From: Octopus vulgaris | Lineage: Eukaryota | Assembly: GCA_951406725.2 (NCBI GenBank) | Contig: OX597814.1 | Coordinates: 86,304,001 to 86,368,000 of the forward strand | Length of the DNA: 64,000 bases | Reading direction: 5' to 3' | Shown: positions 55,301 to 64,000 of the stretch, one piece after another | Layout of the letters: every line of letters begins with the position of its first letter | How positions within the stretch are numbered: position 1 is the first letter of the stretch | Notes under the pieces: model-generated | The model's database searches: none | The model's input: only the letters and a program-made list of their open reading frames with translations | What the model was told of the DNA's origin: nothing | Program-made: the position numbers and the translations under genes

Positions 55301-55722
55301 AATCGGTTCCACCAGCTTTGATTATTGGTGTTGTTGCTCTGACACATTTTTGGCAATTCCTTTACCTTAGAGACACCAACAAATAACTAAAGAGCAACAA
55401 GAGGTGGGAAGAGCAAACACCAGCACTACATCAAAACACTTACACTAAAGCATATATATTTATGTATATGTATGTGTGTTCGTGTATGTGTATATATATA
55501 TATATATACACACACATACACACACCACACACACATACAGACACCACACACACATACAGAGTGAAAGAGCTAAAATGCATGTAAAAATATATGCATACAT
55601 ACTTGTATGCATGTATGTGTGTATGTAATAATGCACAAAATGTGTATACTAACACATATTACCTATATACATTATATAGACACACATATGAAGCTTAACT
55701 TGTGTACAGTTGTTCATGAATG

Positions 55723-55759
<37 letters not shown>

Positions 55760-58496
55760 GATATGGGAAGCAAAGATCTTCGTCTGAAGGCCCATATGTT
55801 ATGTTAACGGTGTCAACAGCGCTGTTGATTGTAAGAGAGGCACTCACATCTGGACGATTGAAGTTGAGCTGTGATTTTTAACACAACTCCCCAACACCAT
55901 GACAAACACTTCATTAGAAAACAGTTATAGGAAATTTAGAGAAGAAAAAAAAGATAATTAAATAAATTTTTTTTAAAATAATAATAAAAAAACTCTCCAA
56001 CGACCAGAAGAAACAATTATAATTAAAAAGAAATTGAAAGGAAGGAAATATGAAAAATGAAAATAAAAATATTAAAAATTTGTTTGTTATAGATTTTAGA
56101 GAAAAAAAAAAGTAACAATGAAAATAATACACACACAGCTAAAATGATTTCTATCCCTGAAGAACTTTTTAGATATCTGTTTGTTTGCTCTCTCTCTCTC
56201 TCTCTCTCTTTTCCATATATACATATATGTACACACACACACACATACATATATATAAATACACACACACATATATACACATGCATATACATATATAATA
56301 TATATATACATATTTAAATACGCACACTATATACATATATACATATTTAAATACGCACACTATATATATATACACACATATGTATATAATGGGGTGGAGA
56401 AGTTGCAGGTAGTGAATGGTGTCTTTATTGTATTTTTATCATGTTTTTGCCTTTCTTTTTTTTGTTTTGGGGTATTTTCTTTTTCCATTTTTTTTTTCTC
56501 CTCTAAATTTTTCTCTCCTCTGTAAAGCAAAGTTAAAATATCTTCCAAAATACTGTCTTAGAGATCGAAAAGATTTCCCACTTTATGAAAGAAGTAAAAA
56601 GCTTCACTGCTATTATCTTCCATAAATATCACACCTAGTGATCTGACATCAGTGGTGCACTTTCTGTATAATAGAAATTGTATATTGTTGTCATCATCAT
56701 AGTTATTAATATAGCTAATATTACTACAGTTAATATTTTTCTGATTTTATTGAAAAACAATTTTTGTCATTATGAATCTCTCTCTCACTCACTCTCTCCT
56801 TGTCTTCAATTCTTTTCTCATCTTCAAACTTTTCTTCTCCCCCTATTTGTATTTCTTTCTCTCAAAATTTCCGTCTTCCTTTTTTTACTATCTCTTTATT
56901 ATCTAGCCCACTCTCTGATTCCTTCCTTTCTTCTGTCTGACCTCCCCAACCTCTTCTCTCCATTTATTTTAACATGCTTTTCTCTCATTCTTTCCTTTCG
57001 CCACAAACTGAACAATGAGGCAAAACTGAGCCCATAAATAACAGATCTCTAACCAAGTAGCAATAATTGAATCCATTCAAGTTAGGCTGCTCCAATATAT
57101 CAAAAATAATGGTGAGGATGGTGCTAATAATAGTTTCAAATTTTGGCAGGGGGCTAACAGTTTTTGAGGGGAGTGGGAGTCAATTAGATTTATCCCAGTA
57201 CTTACTTTATCAACCATGAAAGGATGAAAGGCAAAGTCAACCTCAGCAGAATTTGAACTCAGAACATAGAGATTGTTGAAATGCTGCTAAGCGTTTTGTT
57301 CAGCATGCTAACACTTCTGCCAGCTCATCACCTTGATGATAATGATGATGCTGATAATTATAATAATAATTGATAGCGTTGTTAAGTGTGTGAAATAAAC
57401 TGCCCTTGCAGTATTTGTTCTAGCTCTCTGCACTTTAAGGAGTTTTTTTCCCTCTTGGAGGTCAACCTTGCCTTTCATCATTTGGGGACCGGTAAGGACT
57501 AGTCCATTGTAGTGGATTGGCAGTATAAACTGTAAGAACATCTAATGAGATACCTAATGGTTTCTTGCCCAAATGTTTTGCATTCTCAGGTCAAATCCCC
57601 CTTGCTGTCACAGAGCCATTAAAGCCCAGCTAACAGTGATAGGCCTTCAATGTCAAATGGAAAGTGCACCAACTGAAACAGTAATTCAGTCACATCAATA
57701 AAACAAGTGGATCCAGCACAAAACAGAATGCACACTTGGCAGAAAAAATAACTACGGCAGTAGTGATAGTGACAATGATGCCAAGCCAGCTCATCATTAA
57801 CAACTGCAGTAGAATAACTATTGTAGCCTCAATTTGTTTTTAATCGTCAACAATTTTTATACATATTAAAAATTTTAGTCATTATTACCATATATATTCG
57901 TGTATAGTTCAAACTTGGATTTTTAACCAAAAAAAACAATGTATATGTGAATAGGTGCAAGCATGGCTGTATGTTAAGTTTTCTTTCTAACTACATGATT
58001 CTGAGTTCAGTCCCACTGTGTGGAATCTTGATACAAATGTCTTCTACTATAGCCAGAGCCACCCAAAGCCTTGTGAGAGGAATTGGGAGATGGAAAGTGA
58101 AAAAAGATTCTGTCTGACTGCCTGCCTGCCTGTGTGTGTTTGTTTTCGTTCCCTTGTCTTGACATCATGTAATAGTTGTAAAATGTTTGTCACTGTCATT
58201 CATTTCTAATATTTTGCAAGAAATATCTGACCATAGGGAAATATTATCTTACTCAGAAACAGGTGGGGGTTGGCAACAGGAAGGACATCTAGCAGTAGAA
58301 AAATCTGCCTAAAACTCTGCAAGCATGGAAAAGTGGACATTAAAACAATGACGATGATAGGTCAAACCAACAGTTTGTGTGGGGGAAACAACAAATTACA
58401 CTCGTAGTAATAAAATACCATATTTTATGCAGTCATGAATAGGACTACAGGGTTTAAAAAAACACATTACTTATTCCTCTGTGCAAATATACCTCA

Positions 58497-58800
58497 TCTA
58501 TTATATAAAATCCGTTCTGTCTGTCTGTATGTGTGTCTTCTAGGATCTCAGGCATCCTCCATCCAATTGCGCTCAAGTTTGATATGTAGATACCAACGGT
58601 ATCAGGCCGTGTATAAGTTTTGAAAAAATTACAAAAATCGATTCCAGGTGAGAATGCAATCGATAAAGCCGTGGGAATGTGCAAGTACATCAGCTGTTGC
58701 GATCAATACTACGCGTATGTGAGAAAAATGCACGTGCAGTCTGTGCAAAAAAAAGCCGGCTGGCTTGAAATAATGCCACAAAATGCAGTATATTTAAGAG
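58497..58800 (+). mobile_element. Helitron-like non-autonomous element 5' portion
   Basis: A|TCTATTATATAAAA start followed by (CTGT)n, and it still carries several CpGs. No terminal CTAG seen. Confidence 0.5.
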
Positions 58801-59913
58801 ACCAAAAAAGAGATATTTTCTTCAAACTTGGCATGAAGGAAGGAAAGACTATTTGGTTTCTCAAGAAGTTTTTTTTTTTTTTTTTTTGCCTTAACTTCAT
58901 TTAACAAAACCAAAAATTTTATAGAAATAAAGGCATGCTTAATAATTTTTTAATGAAAAGAAAACACTGATTGCTTTTTATTCAGCACTGTCCATTGGAT
59001 GGGGGGGGGGCGTTTTGCTCATTTTATATATATATATATATATATATAAATATTTATATCTCCTTTGTCTTGCCATGTTTATTTAATGCAACATCTTGTA
59101 AGCTGACACAGTTACCCAGTATTACAAAAACATGACATACTATTTTCGATTGCTGATGTACTGACCATAAACAACTGTTAGTACCATCTGTAACTTCTGA
59201 ACAATTCTAGGATAGCATAATAAATACATGTACTAAACAATACAATACCAACAAAATGGATATGGTATTTGCTGAGGATCAAATCAAATCTTTGCTTTGA
59301 AATTAAACACAAAAATTGCATATTTCAGATTTTAAGGCAAGTCGCAGCTGATACAAAGAGCATGGCCATGGATGGGTTTATGAATGAAAGAGAAGATTTA
59401 ACACTGCGACAGACAAATAAACATAGCAATTTTACCACAAGAACTACCATGTCATAGAATATACACCAAGGGAGGCAACATACACAGCTTCCACACAAGT
59501 AACATTATATGAATGGAAAATAGGTACCTAGCATGAAAACAGATCAGAAAGTGTAAAATTTAAGAAATATGGGATTTTAAATGCTACTGATGGAACAGAT
59601 GATGAGGATATTGATGGCATAATTGAGAAAACAAATGTTGATGATCCTATGGCTGATGCTGTCACTCCATATGTGTGTGTGTGTGTGTGTGCGCGTGCAT
59701 GTTAATCTTTGATATTTATGGCTGTTTCTTTTTTTATACCAATTAGGTGAATGGATCAACTGTGTTTGTGTATCAATATGATGTACAAACATTGACCAGC
59801 ATTGTGTGTAGGCACATGCACATCACACACAAAACATTACAAACATACATACAGGAGTCAGTAAAAAAACAAACAAACAAATATTTACTAAGATGCCACA
59901 TTACACAACTTAC

Positions 59914-60030
59914 TGTATTTATCCTCTTCAGCAGTCGAAGTATCAATTTACGAAGTGAGGACATCTTCGCTTTATATGTGTCGGCCTCTTCACTTTTAAC
60001 AGCTGCTTCAGTTTGAAACTTTCCCACCAA
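59914..60030 (-). CDS. MORC2: MORC2-like gene, penultimate coding exon (C-terminal coiled coil)
   Basis: ttgcag| LVGKFQTEAAVKSEEADTYKAKMSSLRKLILRLLKRINT |gtaagt, 117 nt, phase 0/0. Resembles MORC2 ...KLQKLRTNIVALLQKV. Confidence 0.9.
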
Positions 60031-61669
60031 CTGCAATACAACAAAACAAATCATAACTCTTTTGAAGCAATTTGTATCTATCTTATTAATTAATAAACAC
60101 ACATAAATGGAAAATAATCTAACATAATGTTATATGGCATATACCAAATTCTAGTTTTCCCAGTTCTGTTTCAGCAGTAATGACAGCATCAATATATCAG
60201 ATTCCACTCTGATACAGGAAATGAAATGGTACACTGTGCTTGTTGTGCAAACTGTCGAACATACCAGTTTGAGACTGCTATCTTCTTGAGTATCACTGAG
60301 TCCTTTGGAAACCTCTGATAGAGACATGACATTTGTGACAAGGAGAAAGAAACATCCTCAGTGGTCAGACATCATCAGGATGGTCAAATTTGTCAAGGAG
60401 GTTCAGAACATCAATGACAACCCCAACAGGTTGATGAGAACCACCCTCTTCTAGCTGCAGCTCAAGTTGGTAGAGTCCACTATCAAGTATCTGTTTTACA
60501 TGATGAGAAAAGGCTAATCAATCATATGAACCCCAAAATCATGTAGCCTCTTAACACTCTTGCTTTCAATCCCCTGGATGGCTGCATCTTGACTGTTGCT
60601 GGTGAGGTGGACAAGTACTTATTTGGAGGGTCTATCATGGGTGTAGCAAGTCACATAGGTGGGGGTGGTGCTTGATGCGGTTCTATAACTGCACCAGGTA
60701 TATCATTGGGCCTGGGGCCAGGGGGTTTTTTTTATGGCATGTTTCTTTTATGTATATAAATCTTAACATAGAGGCAATTATGCAGGTAAATATATTAAAT
60801 ATAACAGCTTGGAGAGTTTCAGACAATGAATATTTGAATATAAATATATAGATATTTAGATTAATAGATCCAACTTTCACAGAGTACAAATGACAGACAA
60901 AATTGAAGGAGAGGAAGTAAAATGTTATGAGTCCAACAGCTGTTTCTGTGGGCTCAGAGATCCATTATAATGTTAGTAGATATATATCATTTTACTGGGA
61001 GTATATTGTCTTTTTTGATTTTCCTTATGTTTTGTTTTGCTCATAAATGCCTAATGCACCCCCCACACACATAGATTAATACAAACTACAGGCTTTTATA
61101 AGTTTAGCATGACACATCCTTTTAATAGAATGTGATTTAGTGACTTGACTCTCTAGTATTTAAACCAGCCACATCTGACCCAAATATTCTCTGTGTGTTT
61201 TATGCTTAAACTGCCCAGATCTAGCCTCTCACATATTCTACAATGTCATTTTAAAAATAAATAATCACAACATTCAAATCTCAAGGAAAAGAAATAATGT
61301 ATGATTAATTAATGTGAATATAAGCATTACATTTGACAGAGATCTGGATGCTAAAGGGTTAAAGTTCCATATGCATATCTAAATAAATTCAATATATTTT
61401 TATTTCTAATTGATAGACAATAAAAAAAAACATAACTGTAACAACAAAATGACTTACAACAAGGACAAACCTTGTATGTAATACATTTGGCTCACTGCTA
61501 GGATATTGAATAATTCACTACAATTGTTTGTTTGGACTAAAATTATTCAACAACAGCACTCATAAAGCTATCTCTAAAACCCAGTCACTTCAGAACTCTG
61601 AAAACTATTTTTTTTTTTTAATATATGAATGTTAGGATTTTAAAATGGTATGATTTTCATTCTGCTTAC

Positions 61670-61802
61670 CTTACGTAAACCTTTTTCGTAATGGTCGAAG
61701 AAGTCATCCAACGGAAACGCTGCTAATTCTGAGAGGGACATATTGGATACAGAATCTTTGTCAATCTTCCAGTTGGGTGGGAGGAAATAGCGCAGACATG
61801 TT
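61670..61802 (-). CDS. MORC2: MORC2-like gene, internal coding exon
   Basis: ctcttag| (R)TCLRYFLPPNWKIDKDSVSNMSLSELAAFPLDDFFDHYEKGLRK |gtaagc, 133 nt. Matches MORC2 motif CLRYFLPP...FPL.EYF..YE.GL. Confidence 0.93.
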
Positions 61803-61898
61803 CTAAGAGAGATATAAAAGAAAAGGATAAAGTCCATAGTAACAAAGACAAGTTATTTAATAAGTTGTAAGGAACAATGTTGGCACCAACAAAACAGA

Positions 61899-62120
61899 TT
61901 AACCCTTTTGACCATATTTCTGTTGAAATTCACACCCCTTATCTCAATTAATTTTGGAAATAATGAAGAATTTAGTAAATTGATTTTGTCATTACTGAGC
62001 TGGTGTTTGGAGCATAAATTAACATGAAATTTTGTTGAAATGTTTTTAGATCACCTTAAACATGAAATTTCTATTGTAGAAACAGGGTGGTTTCAGGCAG
62101 GTTGGTAACAAAATGGTTAA
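61899..62120. mobile_element. piggyBac-like MITE flanked by TTAA
   Basis: TTAA-CCCTTTTG ... CAAAATGG-TTAA. A second TTAACCC-ended family occurs at 36175-36331, 52802-52960 and 61147-61362. Confidence 0.55.
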
Positions 62121-63589
62121 GTTAAAATGTCAATGATTTTTCATAAAAAAATAATACAATTGGTAAAAACTATATCCAAGAATAATGAAAATGGCTTTAA
62201 AATACAATTTTAGACTGAGGAAATGATGCAAAAAATTAAAATTGGGAAGAAAATAACATATACACATGACCAACATGATATGTACGATACAGGTGAATAT
62301 TATAGCATGCACAATTACATAGTATGTTATATGCAGACAACTATCACATAGTAAATGACAAAAGATATATACATATACTGCCCCACCTTCTCTACACTGT
62401 TATTTTCATCTAAACTCAGCTCCACACACATTCACACACACCTCCTACCTTCCACTGCACCTCTTCCTCTACTCTCACATACCTTCTGTACAATGTTATA
62501 CTCAGTACCTACAACCACATACACCATTATGCTCCTACAGCATATACATACATCAACACACACACACTTCCCACTCAATAAACATCAACACCCACACTCT
62601 CACTTCCTAGGTGTGGATATGTGACTTCCTAGTCACATATCCACACCTCAGCATATATATAATCATGTTATCCACACCTCCAAACTCCTTCCTAATTTTC
62701 ACCCCTATTGTACCTCACACCTCCATCCAGGTCGACACACATACACACCCCCACAACACACATCAGATAGGCTAACACATACAAGCGCCCTTACACACAT
62801 ATACATGTGCACAAACACAAAATATACACACACACTTTAACCAACAGCCGCAGATACATACACACATTAACTGATAAAAGACACTCACTCACATTCATGC
62901 ACATGCATAAATGCACACAATATTCCTGCATAAACACACATAATATACACAAACACACACACACAGAATGGTGTCAGACACACACATTAGGTACTACACA
63001 CACACTCACACCCAAAAGTCTCACACACTCCCACACATTTCCACACACGTGCACACATAAATACACAAAATACATTGCTCCACACATATGAACAGACTTG
63101 CTTACTCACACACATGCACGCTCTCATAAATATGCATACATGCACTCACATAACCCTTCATACTCACACAGGTGCTTGCCCACACACACATACATTATCA
63201 CCACATACACAAGTACATGTTTGTGGACACACACCTTATCCAGGTTACTGTTGTCTCCCTTGACACTCTTGTCTCCAACCACTTCTTTCTTTGCAGTCAA
63301 TTCAACATGTGCAACAGTTAAACCAGACACATTTCTCTCTCTCTCTCTCTCACTCCCTCCCTATTTGTTTTCTCTCTTCATTCCTTTCTGTAAAAGAGCA
63401 TAAGGCTCAAAGCATCTGTTTTTCTTGAGCATTCTGTTTTTCTTGAGCATCAAACTAATACACCTTATTCGTTGTTCCCTCACCTGTCTCTGCCTTTTGA
63501 GTCTTGTACAATTTTGAGCTCTGTCTGTCTGTCTCTCGTGTGCGTGTGTGCACACGCGCACGCATGCGTTGGGTCTTTTCAGTCACAGC

Positions 63590-64000
63590 AGACCTCTGGA
63601 AGTATGCTGAGACTGAGAAGACCTGTCAAATAAAGTGAGTCCACAACTGTAACCTACACCAGTGTCGCATAACTAGCCCACTCAAAAGTATCTTGGATCG
63701 TAGTGTGACATGCCATGCTTGAGGAGACCTACTAAGTCAAGTACATCAACATCAGCAATATCAAAATCAAATCAAATGGAAATTGTAGTTGTGAGCCCCC
63801 TGCCGGTAGCATGTAAAAAGCACCATCCGAACGTGGCCGACGCCAGTGCAGCTTTGGCTGGCTTCCATGCTGGTGGCACATAAAAAGCACCATCCAATCG
63901 TGGTCAATGCCAGCTCATCTGGCCCTTGTGCCAGTGGCACATAAAAAGTATCCACTACACTCTCAGAGTGGTTGGCGTTAGGAAGGGCATCCAGCTGTAG
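63590..64000 (+). mobile_element. Interspersed repeat with internal tandem units (RTE-related SINE-like)
   Basis: Repeated tg(c/g)cagtggcacataaaaagcaccatcc and gtggttggcgttaggaagggcatccagctgtag, as at 47450-47715. Confidence 0.55.

Overview
Eukaryotic, AT-rich, microsatellite- and transposon-dense genomic DNA. The repeat families look cephalopod (Octopus-like); this is an inference from recalled repeat motifs. About 1-34 kb is intergenic and full of decayed TEs: a Helitron with a PIF1 helicase remnant, a complete non-autonomous Helitron, two mariner relics, a Penelope element plus pLTR fragments carrying hammerhead-like motifs, R4/Dong-like and L1/Tx1-like LINE relics, and SINE clusters. About 36-64 kb holds the 3' end of a minus-strand MORC2-like gene. 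Its three visible coding exons are 61802-61670, 60030-59914 and 37767-37678, with a 22-kb last intron and a minisatellite in the putative 3' UTR. Most notable: (i) a minimal hammerhead ribozyme motif with a swapped G3-C8 core pair inside a ~119-bp inverted repeat; (ii) CpG-retaining, structured or exon-like islands in the otherwise CpG-depleted MORC2 last intron, including candidate alternative terminal exons; (iii) a local 225-bp duplicate flanked by perfect 26-bp inverted repeats; (iv) a CpG-decay boundary near 34.3 kb. Coordinates of decayed TEs are approximate.
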